From contig JAOUEV010000011.1 in assembly GCA_029858565.1 (NCBI GenBank), positions 1-64,000 on the forward strand: 64,000 nt of DNA, written 5' to 3'. The position numbers and the translations under genes are program-made. The notes beneath the pieces are model-generated. The model searched no databases, was not told where the DNA came from, and saw only the letters and a program-made list of their open reading frames with translations. The DNA is from Nitrospirota bacterium. Its GTDB lineage: Bacteria > Nitrospirota > UBA9217. This document shows positions 27,687-37,914 of the stretch, piece by piece. Position 1 is the stretch's first letter; each line of letters opens with the position of its first letter.

Positions 27687-29867
27687 ATGGAAAACACGGT
27701 AACGGTCACGATCGACGGCATTACAGTGAAGGTAAAACCCACGGCGACCATTCTGGACGCGGCAAAGCAGGCTGGCGTGCGGATCCCGGTGCTGTGCGCC
27801 GATGACAAGCTGCATCCGTATGGTTCCTGCAGGATATGCCTGGTGGAGATCGAAAAATCGCCCCGGAAGTTCACCCCTTCGTGCACTACTCCGGTTGCCG
27901 ACAATATGGTGGTCAAGACCATGACCCCGGACCTTTTCGAGGCCCGCAAGCGGATCCTTGAACTGCTTCTGTGTCATCATCCGCTCGACTGCCCGGTGTG
28001 CGATAAAGCGGGGAACTGCCAGCTCCAGGACCTTGTCCATGAGTACGGTCTGGGGCCGAGCAAGTTCACCGAGAAAAAACGCGTTGTGCCGCCGAACTAT
28101 AAATCCGCGGTCATTGATCGTGAAGTTGCCCGCTGCGTGCTTTGCGGCAAATGCGTTCGTGTCTGCCGGGAACAGAATGCCGTGGGAGAACTGGCCTTCA
28201 CGCGCCGCGGCAAGGAATCCAAGGTGAGCACGGATTTCGACCAGCAGCTGGACTGCGAGTTCTGCGGAGAGTGCGTGGAGATCTGCCCGGTCGGCGCGCT
28301 GACAACAAAGCAGTTCAAGTATCGCGGCAGGACCTGGAACATGGAGCGGACGCAGTCCGTCTGCAATTACTGCGGCTGCGGTTGCCGCATGGTGTACGAG
28401 ACACGCCAGGGGAGGATCGTGCGGGTCCGGTCCGCGGCGCGCAACTACCTCTGCGGCAAGGGCAGATTCGGCTGGGATGCGGTGCACCATGCAGACCGGC
28501 TTACAACCCCGCTGGTCCGGGTTTCCGGTGAATTGGTCCCCGCGACCTGGGATGAAGCCCTTGCCATGGTCGTTACCAATCTGAACGTGATCAAGAACAA
28601 GCGGGGCGCCGACAGTATCGGCGGTCTTGGCTCGGTCCGGACCACCAACGAAGAGAGCTATCTTTTTCAGAAGTTCATGCGGTCGGCGATCGGCACGAAT
28701 AATGTGGACATGCTGGCACGTCTCAAGGTCCCCAAGGGACTGAACACGACGTTCTTCTCCGGAGAACTGTCGAATATCAGCGGTCATGATGTGGTCCTGG
28801 TGCTGGACGGAGATGTGGCGGAGCTCAATCCGCTGACCGGCATCGAGATCGTCCGGGCGGTGAACCGGAACTACAAGAAGCTCATCCTGGTGAACAGCGG
28901 CTACAACAAACTGAACAGGATCGCTTCCTGCGTGCTCGAGTACGTGAGCCCCGACGCAGCGCTGGCCGACCTTCTTCCTGCGCTCAAGAGCGGGCAGGGG
29001 ACGGGTGCCGTTGCCGATGCGGCGGCGATCCTGAAGGAAGCAACGAGCGTGGCGGTGATCATTCCGGCGCGGCTCCCGGATGGGACCTATTACCAGGTGC
29101 GCGAACTCCTGTCGCTCCTCAAGGGGGCTACCACGTATCCTGTTGTAAAGCGGAGCAACTTCCTGGGTGCCCTGGACATGGGCGTGCTGCCCGGATACTA
29201 TCCCGGATACCAGAAGGTATCGCCTGATGTCGTGTCCCGTTTCGCGTCAGCATGGAACTGCATGCTGCCGGAAATCCCCGGGAAGAATGCACTGGAGATG
29301 CTCGATGCCATCAAACAGGGTTCAATAGCGGCGCTGTATATCATGGGCGATGATCCGGCGGGGAGCGACGCGGGGCTGAAACCGGTCCTTGAGAAGCTTG
29401 AATTCCTGGTTGTGCAGGATATCTTCCTGACCGAAACGGCCAAAATGGCCGATGTCGTGCTTCCGGCAGTAAGCAGCGCAGAAAAAGCGGGGACCCTGAC
29501 CAGCCTCGAACGCCGGCTGCAGGGGATATCTCCTGCAGAGGAGCCGCTTGGAGATGCACAGCCGGACTGGAACATTCTCCAGACCGTGGCGAAAAAGATG
29601 GGGAGCGCCATGCATTACGCTTCACCGTCAGATATCATGAAAGAGATCCGCGCGCTCGTTCCCCTGTATGCTGATCTCGCCGTGGGGAGCGTTTGGCCCG
29701 CGGAAAAATCGCCGCTCCATGGATCGGAGACGAATCTGTCGCTCCTTTCGGATTCAGTCGAGAAGAACGATGTGATCACCTCAGAACGACTGCTGTTCTC
29801 GTCGGGCACCACGACGACCCGATCAAAGGAACTGACGACGGTCTGTACCTTTAAGGTGGAGGCCTAG
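27687..29867 (+). CDS. nuoG: NADH-quinone oxidoreductase subunit G
   Basis: GSCRICLVE, HPLDCPVCDKAGNCQLQD, CVLCGKCVRVC, CEFCGECVEICP, CNYCGCGC; position in the operon. Confidence 0.92.
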   Translation: MENTVTVTIDGITVKVKPTATILDAAKQAGVRIPVLCADDKLHPYGSCRICLVEIEKSPRKFTPSCTTPVADNMVVKTMTPDLFEARKRILELLLCHHPLDCPVCDKAGNCQLQDLVHEYGLGPSKFTEKKRVVPPNYKSAVIDREVARCVLCGKCVRVCREQNAVGELAFTRRGKESKVSTDFDQQLDCEFCGECVEICPVGALTTKQFKYRGRTWNMERTQSVCNYCGCGCRMVYETRQGRIVRVRSAARNYLCGKGRFGWDAVHHADRLTTPLVRVSGELVPATWDEALAMVVTNLNVIKNKRGADSIGGLGSVRTTNEESYLFQKFMRSAIGTNNVDMLARLKVPKGLNTTFFSGELSNISGHDVVLVLDGDVAELNPLTGIEIVRAVNRNYKKLILVNSGYNKLNRIASCVLEYVSPDAALADLLPALKSGQGTGAVADAAAILKEATSVAVIIPARLPDGTYYQVRELLSLLKGATTYPVVKRSNFLGALDMGVLPGYYPGYQKVSPDVVSRFASAWNCMLPEIPGKNALEMLDAIKQGSIAALYIMGDDPAGSDAGLKPVLEKLEFLVVQDIFLTETAKMADVVLPAVSSAEKAGTLTSLERRLQGISPAEEPLGDAQPDWNILQTVAKKMGSAMHYASPSDIMKEIRALVPLYADLAVGSVWPAEKSPLHGSETNLSLLSDSVEKNDVITSERLLFSSGTTTTRSKELTTVCTFKVEA

Positions 29868-29876
29868 GAGAGAACC

Positions 29877-30953
29877 ATGCCAGATATGCAGATCATCCTT
29901 CCGTACGTTTTCTCGCTCGGGATTCCGGCGGTGCTGCTGGTGAGCTTCATCATGCTGAACGCCATGTACCTGCAGTTGATGGAACGAAAGGTGCTTGCCT
30001 GGATGCAGAACCGCGTGGGTCCCATGCGGACGGGTCCCTGGGGTCTTCTTCAGCCGGTCGCTGACGCGGTAAAGTTCATATTCAAGGAAGATATTATTCC
30101 CGCCAAGGCGGACAAATGGGTATTCAGCGCAGCTCCCCTCATCCTGCTGGTGATGGCTTTCGGCGGATTCGTGGCGATTCCCTTCGGGTCGTCGGTGCAG
30201 GTCTTCGGCAAGACCATCCCGCTCTGGGTCTCCGATCTCAATGTGGGTATTCTGTACATCCTGTCCATGGCGAGCGTCGGCACGTACGGTGTGATCATGG
30301 CGGGGTGGGCATCGAACAATAAGTACTCTCTCATGGGCGGATTCCGATCAGCGGCGCAGATGATCAGCTACGAGATCCCCATGGCATTCGCCGTACTGAC
30401 CGTGGTCCTGATGGCAGGATCGCTGAACCTGAGCGATATCGTGAACGCCCAATCAAAGCAGTGGTTCATTTACGCCCTGCCGGTCGGCCCTGTTGCGTTC
30501 GTGCTCTATCTTATATCCGGCATAGCCGAGACGAACCGCGTGCCCTTCGACCTGCCGGAAGCGGAGAGCGAACTCGTGGCAGGGTATTTCACCGAATACA
30601 GCGGCATACGGTTCGGTCTGTTCTTCATGGCGGAGTATATGAACATGCTGATCGTCTCTCTTCTGGTCAGCATCATGTTCCTCGGCGGATGGCTTCCGGT
30701 ACAGCTCTTTCCTGATTGGCTCGGTTCTGTCGGCCTTGTGACAGGGATCAACCGGCTTCTTGCGATGATCCCGGGGGTTATTTGGCTCTTGCTGAAATTA
30801 TACGGTTTCATGTTCTTCTATATCTGGCTTCGGGCGACCCTTCCGCGTTATCGCTATGATCAGCTCATGGCGGTTTCCTGGAAGTTCCTGCTGCCGGTTT
30901 CACTCGGAACCCTGCTCGTGACCGCGTTCATGAAACAGGCAGGGTGGCTCTAA
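29877..30953 (+). CDS. nuoH: NADH-quinone oxidoreductase subunit H
   Basis: ERKVLAWMQNRVGP, AETNRVPFDLPEAESELVAG, RATLPRYRYDQ. Confidence 0.97.
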   Translation: MPDMQIILPYVFSLGIPAVLLVSFIMLNAMYLQLMERKVLAWMQNRVGPMRTGPWGLLQPVADAVKFIFKEDIIPAKADKWVFSAAPLILLVMAFGGFVAIPFGSSVQVFGKTIPLWVSDLNVGILYILSMASVGTYGVIMAGWASNNKYSLMGGFRSAAQMISYEIPMAFAVLTVVLMAGSLNLSDIVNAQSKQWFIYALPVGPVAFVLYLISGIAETNRVPFDLPEAESELVAGYFTEYSGIRFGLFFMAEYMNMLIVSLLVSIMFLGGWLPVQLFPDWLGSVGLVTGINRLLAMIPGVIWLLLKLYGFMFFYIWLRATLPRYRYDQLMAVSWKFLLPVSLGTLLVTAFMKQAGWL

Positions 30954-31046
30954 GGTCAGTTGCCAGCGCATTGTCGGCAGAATGGTTACTGCTGATGACC
31001 GCTGAAAAGGACTGATCCCCTGGAATTACTGAGAAAGGTCGGATCC

Positions 31047-31523
31047 ATGAGCAATAAGTTAAAAAAAGCGATCAAAACGATCTTCCTGGTCGAGATCGTA
31101 CAGGGCCTTGCGCTCACGCTCAAGACCATGTTCACGCCGTCGGTCACCCGTCAATACCCGACCGTCAAGCGGAAGGCCTTTGCCGGGTCCCGGGGGCTCC
31201 ATTACATGGACCGTGATGATTCCGGTCTGAAGGAACGGTGCATCGGCTGCGGTCTCTGCGAAGCGGTCTGTCCTTCCAAAGCGATCACCGTTGTCACGAT
31301 CCCGGGACCGGAACGGGAAAAACTGGTCGCATCCTACGAACTTGATCTGCTGCGCTGCGTATTCTGCGGTTTTTGCGTTGACGCTTGTCCTGTGAATGCT
31401 ATAAAAATGACGCCCGATTTTGAACTCGCCTGTTACCAGCGCCGGGATGTGTTCTATACCAAGGAACGGCTCATGGATGTCGGCGACCGGTATCTGCACA
31501 GGAAGACGGGAGGGAGCAAATGA
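31047..31523 (+). CDS. nuoI: NADH-quinone oxidoreductase subunit I
   Basis: CIGCGLCEAVCP and CVFCGFCVDACP. Confidence 0.97.
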   Translation: MSNKLKKAIKTIFLVEIVQGLALTLKTMFTPSVTRQYPTVKRKAFAGSRGLHYMDRDDSGLKERCIGCGLCEAVCPSKAITVVTIPGPEREKLVASYELDLLRCVFCGFCVDACPVNAIKMTPDFELACYQRRDVFYTKERLMDVGDRYLHRKTGGSK

Positions 31524-32017
31524 TCAATCAAATCGTCTTCCTGTATTTTGCCGCAGTCATTGTCCTGTCAGCGGTCCTCACGATCACCCGCAGGAATCCC
31601 GTGCATAGCGTTCTGTTCATGCTCCTGCTTTTTTTCCACATCGCCGGTGTTTTCGTGCTTTTGAACGCAGAGTTTCTTGCAGCGGTACAGCTCATTGTCT
31701 ATGCAGGTGCAATCCTGATCCTGTATCTGTTCGTCGTGATGCTGCTGAACGTCGATCGTGAGAGCAAATCGGACCGTGCCAACAGATTCTGGCCCTGGAT
31801 CGTGGCATTCGGATTGGTCATTTTCGCGGAGATCGGCCTGCTGGTAGCGCGAGGTTCCTTCCCTCTCGAGGGCGGACAAATCATGAATAAAACGGGCATC
31901 AAAGAGCTCGGCATCGACCTCTACACAAAATATCTCGTTCCCTTTGAGATCGCATCGGTCATCCTTCTGGTGGGGCTGGTCGGCGCCGTAATGCTGGCGA
32001 AAAAGAAAAACGATTAG
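31520..32017 (+). CDS. nuoJ: NADH-quinone oxidoreductase subunit J
   Basis: NPVHSVL, AEFLAAVQLIVYAGAI, PFEIASVILL. Confidence 0.96.
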   Translation: MINQIVFLYFAAVIVLSAVLTITRRNPVHSVLFMLLLFFHIAGVFVLLNAEFLAAVQLIVYAGAILILYLFVVMLLNVDRESKSDRANRFWPWIVAFGLVIFAEIGLLVARGSFPLEGGQIMNKTGIKELGIDLYTKYLVPFEIASVILLVGLVGAVMLAKKKND

Positions 32018-32021
32018 CTGC

Positions 32022-32098
32022 TGCGGATTTCAGATCGGGCATGTCTCGTGGTGTTCCGAGGGGCCTGAAATCAGAAATCCGCAATCCGTGATCCGCAA
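32022..32098. repeat. AATCCGC-heptamer inverted repeat between nuoJ and nuoK
   Basis: TGCGGATTTCAGAT ... ATCAGAAATCCGCAATCCGTGATCCGCA; same unit as 887-920. Confidence 0.7.
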
Positions 32099-32115
32099 AC
32101 GAACCGGAGGCTTTT

Positions 32116-32418
32116 ATGATCCCTCTTTCCTGGTATGTCCTGCTGAGCGCTGCGCTGTTCACGATCGGGGTCGTAGGCGTGCTGACGCGCCGGAACGTAT
32201 TCATCATCCTCATGTCCATCGAGCTCATGTTGAATGCCGCCAATATCAACCTCGTCGCGTTCTCGCATTATCTCCAGAACCTGACCGGCCAGATCTTCGT
32301 TATTTTTGTCATTACCGTTGCAGCCGCAGAGGCTGCGGTTGCGCTGGCGCTGATCATCCTCCTGGCAAGGAACAGGGGAACCGTGTATGTCGACGAGTTC
32401 AATATCATGAAGGGATAG
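32116..32418 (+). CDS. nuoK: NADH-quinone oxidoreductase subunit K
   Basis: RRN...[22 protein letters not shown]. Confidence 0.97.
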   Translation: MIPLSWYVLLSAALFTIGVVGVLTRRNVFIILMSIELMLNAANINLVAFSHYLQNLTGQIFVIFVITVAAAEAAVALALIILLARNRGTVYVDEFNIMKG

Positions 32419-32512
32419 TATCGGAGAAACGTGAAGAGTGGTCGGGGATTAAGAATCCGGGTTGAATAAGAAATGACCCAATCTCTGATCACATCCATCT
32501 CCCGGGGTGACC

Positions 32513-34432
32513 ATGCTTAAATACATCCTCATACCGCTTCTACCGTTCTTCGGATTTCTGATCGCCGGACTCTTCGGGAAATACCTGAAGGAGCGTGCGG
32601 CGACCGTCGCTGTCGGCGGAGTGCTGGGCGCTTTTGTTTTTGCCGTGAGCGCGTTCATTGATGTCGCGAACGGGACGATCATCGACGAGAACTTCTATTC
32701 CTGGATACTCATCGGGAATCTTTCGGTGAACGTGGGATTCCAGATCGACCAGCTGACCGCGGTCATGCTCATGGTCGTGACCTTCCTGAGCACGCTCATC
32801 CATATCTATTCCATCGGGTATATGCACGGAGATAAGGGATTCTCCCGATTTTTCGCCTACCTCGAACTGTTCACCTTCTTCATGCTTGTGCTGGTCATGG
32901 GCAACAATTTCCTGGTCATGTTCGTGGGCTGGGAGGGTGTTGGTCTCTGTTCCTATCTCCTTATCGGGTTCTGGTACGAAAAGAAGTCCGCTGCTGACGC
33001 GGGCGTCAAGGCCTTTGTCACGAACCGCGTCGGGGATTTCGGCTTTGTGCTCGGCATGATGCTCATTTTCACGACCTTCGGGACTCTCGACTTCACCGAC
33101 GTGTTTGCCCAGGCCACCCCGCAGCTGGCGGCGCAGAACATTGACCTTCTGGGTATAGAGGTCGGCATTGTGACGCTTATCTGTCTGCTGCTTTTCGTAG
33201 GGGCCACAGGCAAGTCCGCGCAGATTCCGCTCTATGTCTGGCTGCCTGACGCCATGGAGGGCCCGACGCCGGTCAGCGCCCTGATCCACGCTGCAACGAT
33301 GGTGACCGCGGGAGTGTTCATGGTCGCCCGCTGCGCGCCGCTCTTCTCGCTTTCCCATACGGCGATGAACGTCGTGGCGGTCACCGGAGCCGTGACCGCG
33401 CTGTTCGCAGCAACGATAGGGCTGGTCCAGAACGACATCAAACGGGTCATCGCCTATTCCACGATCAGCCAGCTCGGTTATATGTTCCTCGGACTTGGTG
33501 TTGGCGCGTTCAGCGCCGGCATATTCCATCTTACGACCCATGCATTCTTCAAGGGCCTGCTCTTCCTTGCCTCGGGCAGCGTGATCCACGCCCTTTCCGG
33601 CGAGCAGGATATGCGCAAGATGGGTTCGCTCCGGCGCAAGATCAAGATAACCTATGCCGTGTTCCTGATCGGGTCCCTTGCTCTTGCGGGAATTTTCCCT
33701 TTTGCTGGATTCTTCAGCAAGGATGAGATCCTCTGGAGCGTGTATAACGCCGGATCGCTCGGCCGCTCGCTCTGGATGGTCGGGCTGACCGGAGCCTTCA
33801 TGACGGCATTCTATTCCTTCCGGCTCATCTATCTCACGTTCTTCGGAAAATCACGCATGGACCATGATGTTGAACACCATGTCCATGAGTCCCCTCCGGT
33901 CATGACCGTGCCGCTTATGATACTGGCCTTCTTCTCGATCACCATCGGATTCATCGGTATGCCGCTGATCCCGCATGCGAACCTTTTTGCCAACTTCCTC
34001 GCCCCGGTGTTCCCCCATGTTCAGCACGGCGGAACCGATCATGGGCTCGAGATCGGATTGATGATCTTTTCCGTGCTCGTGGCCGCGACGGGCATCGTCA
34101 TGGCCTACGTTTGGTATGTCCGTGACACCAGAATTCCCGATAAGCTGGCGGAAAAGTTCAGCGGGGTCTATACGCTGCTCCTGAACAAATACCGGGTAGA
34201 TGAGCTGTATAACTACCTTTTTGTGGACGGTCTGGTCCACAAACTCGCGGGGGTACTGCACCGCATTGGAGATGTGAAGATCGTTGACGGAGCGGTAAAT
34301 GGCGTCGCCCGTCTGATCGGACAGGCCAGCGAACGGGGCAGGAAAATGCAGACCGGTTTTGTTCAGGAATACGCATTCATCATGGGATTGGGTCTCGTGG
34401 TGCTCATCGGCATGTACTATGTTGTGAAATAG
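32513..34432 (+). CDS. nuoL: NADH-quinone oxidoreductase subunit L
   Basis: GWEGVGLCSYLLIGFW, KSAQIPLYVWLPDAMEGPTPVSALIHAATMV. Confidence 0.97.
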   Translation: MLKYILIPLLPFFGFLIAGLFGKYLKERAATVAVGGVLGAFVFAVSAFIDVANGTIIDENFYSWILIGNLSVNVGFQIDQLTAVMLMVVTFLSTLIHIYSIGYMHGDKGFSRFFAYLELFTFFMLVLVMGNNFLVMFVGWEGVGLCSYLLIGFWYEKKSAADAGVKAFVTNRVGDFGFVLGMMLIFTTFGTLDFTDVFAQATPQLAAQNIDLLGIEVGIVTLICLLLFVGATGKSAQIPLYVWLPDAMEGPTPVSALIHAATMVTAGVFMVARCAPLFSLSHTAMNVVAVTGAVTALFAATIGLVQNDIKRVIAYSTISQLGYMFLGLGVGAFSAGIFHLTTHAFFKGLLFLASGSVIHALSGEQDMRKMGSLRRKIKITYAVFLIGSLALAGIFPFAGFFSKDEILWSVYNAGSLGRSLWMVGLTGAFMTAFYSFRLIYLTFFGKSRMDHDVEHHVHESPPVMTVPLMILAFFSITIGFIGMPLIPHANLFANFLAPVFPHVQHGGTDHGLEIGLMIFSVLVAATGIVMAYVWYVRDTRIPDKLAEKFSGVYTLLLNKYRVDELYNYLFVDGLVHKLAGVLHRIGDVKIVDGAVNGVARLIGQASERGRKMQTGFVQEYAFIMGLGLVVLIGMYYVVK

Positions 34433-34501
34433 CGTCGTACCGTTCAATATGCGAAGTTCATATTAACGATCTCGAACCTTTTTGCTGATCGGAGTTACTT
34501 T

Positions 34502-36040
34502 ATGCTCGAACTCATACCGAACCAGCTTGGCTTTCCGCTCCTCAGCCTGATGATCTTTGTGCCGTTGGCAGGCGCAGTGATCCTTCTTGCTGTGCGTGAT
34601 GCCCGCGCGGCACGCTGGATCGCGCTCCTCTTCTCGATCGCCGAGATAGGACTTTCCGTTCCGTTGCTTGCGAATTTCGATGGTTCGATCGCTCACATGC
34701 AGTTCGGCGAATCACTTCCCTGGATCAAGGACTGGCATATCAATTACCGGATCGGCGTTGATGGGATCAGTGTGCTGTTCGTGGGGCTCACGGCGCTATT
34801 GACCACGATATCCATCATGGTCTCCTGGACCGCGATCCAGGACCGGGTGCGCGAATTCATGATCGCCGTGCTGTTCCTCGAGGCAGGCATGATCGGAGTG
34901 TTCGTCGCGCTCGACCTTTTCCTGTTCTACATCTTCTGGGAAGCGATGCTGATACCGATGTACCTTCTGATCGGCGTATGGGGCGGGCCGAACCGGCTCT
35001 ATGCGGCAATTAAGTTCTTTCTCTACACGCTGGTCGGAAGCGTCCTGATGCTGGTCGCGATCCTGGCGGTCTATTTCAGCGCCGGCGGGACCTTTGATGT
35101 CCTGGCGCTGATGAACCATCCTTTCGGCCATACGTTCCAGATGTGGGCTTTTGCGGCGTTCTTTGCCGCGTTCGCGGTCAAGGTGCCCATGTTCCCGTTC
35201 CACACCTGGCTGCCCGACGCCCATGTGGAGGCGCCGACCGCGGGTTCAATTATTCTTGCCGGCATCCTCATCAAAATGGGGGCGTACGGTTTCCTGCGGT
35301 TCTCCCTGCCGTTCTTCCCGTCAGCGGCTATATCGTGGACACCGGCGATCATGACATTATCGGTCGTCGCGATCATTTATGGCGCCTACATGGCTTTCGC
35401 ACAGACGGATTTCAAGAAGCTGATCGCCTATTCCAGCGTGAGCCACATGGGATTCGTCACGCTCGGCATATTCGCCCTGAACAGCCAGGGGGTGGAGGGC
35501 GGTCTGCTCCAGATGATCAACCATGGTGTTTCCACCGGAGCGTTGTTCCTTGCCGTGGGTGTGATATACGAACGGACCCATACCAGGATGATCGCCGATT
35601 ACGGCGGGATCGCCGCCAAAGTTCCGGTCTATGCAGCGTACCTGCTGATCATCACGCTTTCGTCCATCGGTCTGCCGGGCACGAATGGATTCGTCGGTGA
35701 ATTCACCATCCTTCTCGGCGCATTCCAGTACAAAGCGGTCTATGCCGTTATCGCGTCGCTGGGGATCATTTTGGGCGCCGGCTACATGCTATGGCTCTAT
35801 CAGCGCGTTGCGTTTGGCACCGTCACGAACCCTCATAACGAGCATCTGCAGGACATGAATTTGCGGGAGATCGCTGCCGCATTGCCGCTCCTCGTGCTCG
35901 TGTTCGGCGTAGGGCTTTATCCCAACGCGGCATTCCAGGTGATGCACGCTTCGACAGAGAACTTGATCAAACACGTCCAGGCCAAGGCCGCGTTGGCGCC
36001 GGTCGCGGCGCAGGCGGCGAACGCACTGCTCGGACAATAA
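34502..36040 (+). CDS. nuoM: NADH-quinone oxidoreductase subunit M
   Basis: FWEAMLIPMY, KVPMFPFHTWLPDAHVEAPT, IAYSSVSHMG. Confidence 0.97.
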   Translation: MLELIPNQLGFPLLSLMIFVPLAGAVILLAVRDARAARWIALLFSIAEIGLSVPLLANFDGSIAHMQFGESLPWIKDWHINYRIGVDGISVLFVGLTALLTTISIMVSWTAIQDRVREFMIAVLFLEAGMIGVFVALDLFLFYIFWEAMLIPMYLLIGVWGGPNRLYAAIKFFLYTLVGSVLMLVAILAVYFSAGGTFDVLALMNHPFGHTFQMWAFAAFFAAFAVKVPMFPFHTWLPDAHVEAPTAGSIILAGILIKMGAYGFLRFSLPFFPSAAISWTPAIMTLSVVAIIYGAYMAFAQTDFKKLIAYSSVSHMGFVTLGIFALNSQGVEGGLLQMINHGVSTGALFLAVGVIYERTHTRMIADYGGIAAKVPVYAAYLLIITLSSIGLPGTNGFVGEFTILLGAFQYKAVYAVIASLGIILGAGYMLWLYQRVAFGTVTNPHNEHLQDMNLREIAAALPLLVLVFGVGLYPNAAFQVMHASTENLIKHVQAKAALAPVAAQAANALLGQ

Positions 36041-36055
36041 TCCCGGAGAGGTATC

Positions 36056-37510
36056 ATGCTGACATCGGTCCAGGAAATTCTTAAGCAACTTGTCCCCATT
36101 TACCCGGAATTTGTGCTCATCGCATTCGCGCTCTCCGTGCTGGTTGTCGATATGTTCCTGAACGGCCGGTACACGCATCTTTTGGGATGGTACAGCCTCA
36201 TCGGCATCGTCATAGCCGCGAGCATGACAATAATCCTCGGGGGAGTGCAAGGGGCCTTTTTCTCCGGCACGGTTCTGCTTGACCCGTTCTCTCAGTTCTT
36301 TAAGCTTGTGTTCTACCTGGCCTGCGGGCTGGGCATACTGATCGCCATGAAGTATCTTGATATCGAGGATATCCATCGCGGCGAATATTATGCCTTGATG
36401 CTGTTCGCGACCGCCGGCATGATGCTTATGGCCTCGGCAGGGGACCTGATAACGATCTATCTCGGCCTGGAACTGATGGCGCTGTCCATCTATGTCCTTG
36501 CCGGATTCATGCGCAAGGACAGCCGGTCGAATGAGGCGGGGATCAAGTACCTGCTGCTGGGCGCTTTTTCCTCGGGCATCATGCTCTACGGCATGTCGCT
36601 CTTGTATGGACTCGCCGGGACAACGAACCTGGACGGAATCCTGGCTTTCCTCCGTACCGCTGACCTGAAGAACCCCGTACTGTTCCTTTCCATGGTAATG
36701 CTGATGGTCAGTTTCGGGTTCAAGGTGGCTGCTGTTCCGTTCCATATGTGGGTTCCCGATGTCTATGAAGGCGCTCCGACCTCGGTCACCGCGTTCATGT
36801 CTGCGGGCCCCAAAGTGGCGGGATTCGCCGTGTTATTGAGGGTCTTCACGCATACGCTTGACCCGCTTCACGCGGACATCTCCCTGCTCCTGTCCGGCCT
36901 CGCTGTTCTGACCATGGCGGTTGGAAATGTCATGGCGTTGAGCCAGACAAATATAAAACGTATGCTGGCGTACTCTTCCATTGCCCATGCAGGGTATGCT
37001 CTGGTAGGGGTCGCCGCAGGAGGGCAGGAGGGAGCGGCCAGCGTGATGCTCTATGTTCTGATCTACGCGGTCATGAATATGGGGGCTTTTGGCGTAGTGA
37101 TCATGCTCCGGAAAGCAGGGATGCGCGGCGAGGAGATTTCGGACTTTGCGGGACTTGGGAAAACGAACAAGACCGCGGCGTTCCTCATGCTCATATTCCT
37201 TTTCTCTCTCACCGGGATACCGCCCATGGCGGGATTCGTCGGTAAGTTCTATATCTTCAAGTCTGCGGTGCAGGCCGGGATGATCTGGCTTGCGATCGTG
37301 GGGGTCCTGTTTTCCGCGATCAGCGCTTATTTCTATCTGCGGGTCATCATGCTGATGTATATGTACGATCCCAAGGAAGAGTTCGGACTCGTCCAATCGC
37401 CGGCACTTGCGCTCGCTCTTGCCATCTCGGTGACCGCGGTCATTGTCATCGGAGTATATCCGACCCCGGTGCTGGAGTTCGCACGGGCATCGGTAGCCGG
37501 GCTCCTGTAA
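36056..37510 (+). CDS. nuoN: NADH-quinone oxidoreductase subunit N
   Basis: EAGIKYLLLG, FKVAAVPFHMWVPDVYEGAPT, KRMLAYSSIAHAGY. Confidence 0.97.
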   Translation: MLTSVQEILKQLVPIYPEFVLIAFALSVLVVDMFLNGRYTHLLGWYSLIGIVIAASMTIILGGVQGAFFSGTVLLDPFSQFFKLVFYLACGLGILIAMKYLDIEDIHRGEYYALMLFATAGMMLMASAGDLITIYLGLELMALSIYVLAGFMRKDSRSNEAGIKYLLLGAFSSGIMLYGMSLLYGLAGTTNLDGILAFLRTADLKNPVLFLSMVMLMVSFGFKVAAVPFHMWVPDVYEGAPTSVTAFMSAGPKVAGFAVLLRVFTHTLDPLHADISLLLSGLAVLTMAVGNVMALSQTNIKRMLAYSSIAHAGYALVGVAAGGQEGAASVMLYVLIYAVMNMGAFGVVIMLRKAGMRGEEISDFAGLGKTNKTAAFLMLIFLFSLTGIPPMAGFVGKFYIFKSAVQAGMIWLAIVGVLFSAISAYFYLRVIMLMYMYDPKEEFGLVQSPALALALAISVTAVIVIGVYPTPVLEFARASVAGLL

Positions 37511-37548
37511 TTCACCGGTTCGAGGATATTTTGAGTCTCAGCGGTCCT

Positions 37549-37821
37549 ATGCGATATTTCCTGATCGCTGTCGCTTTTGTCCTGTCCCTTGTCTGTTCCG
37601 CATTTGCCGTTGAACCTGATGTTTCCGGGACAACGGTTGATACAATGCTGCCGCAGGTCCAGACGACATTTCTTCCTATCGGCTACTTGTTTACTCCGCT
37701 CATTGCTGATCAGAAACAGCCCCGCTTCTACGTCAGTTATCGCAGATAAGCTTATCATGATGGCCAGTTCTATACCGACCGTATTTTCTAATACGGCATC
37801 GGCATCTATCTCGGGTATTGA
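37549..37821 (+). pseudogene. Internally deleted exported / outer-membrane protein gene (DUF1207-like)
   Basis: Signal peptide + FLP.G.LF.PLIAD.KQPRF, then stop, then in-frame GQFY.DRIF-stop-YGIGIYLGY-stop resembling the family's C-terminus. Confidence 0.55.
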
Positions 37822-37914
37822 AGTGGCCGGAGTTATCCCCTTCGACGGGATCGATCCTTTCCCGTATGATCTGCCTCATAGCTCACCGCGACACGTGCAT
37901 GCTATACTAAGAAC

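Noticed and set aside
32507-37510. Nitrospira-style 2M complex I with a duplicated nuoM
   Set aside because: Only one each of nuoL, nuoM and nuoN is present.
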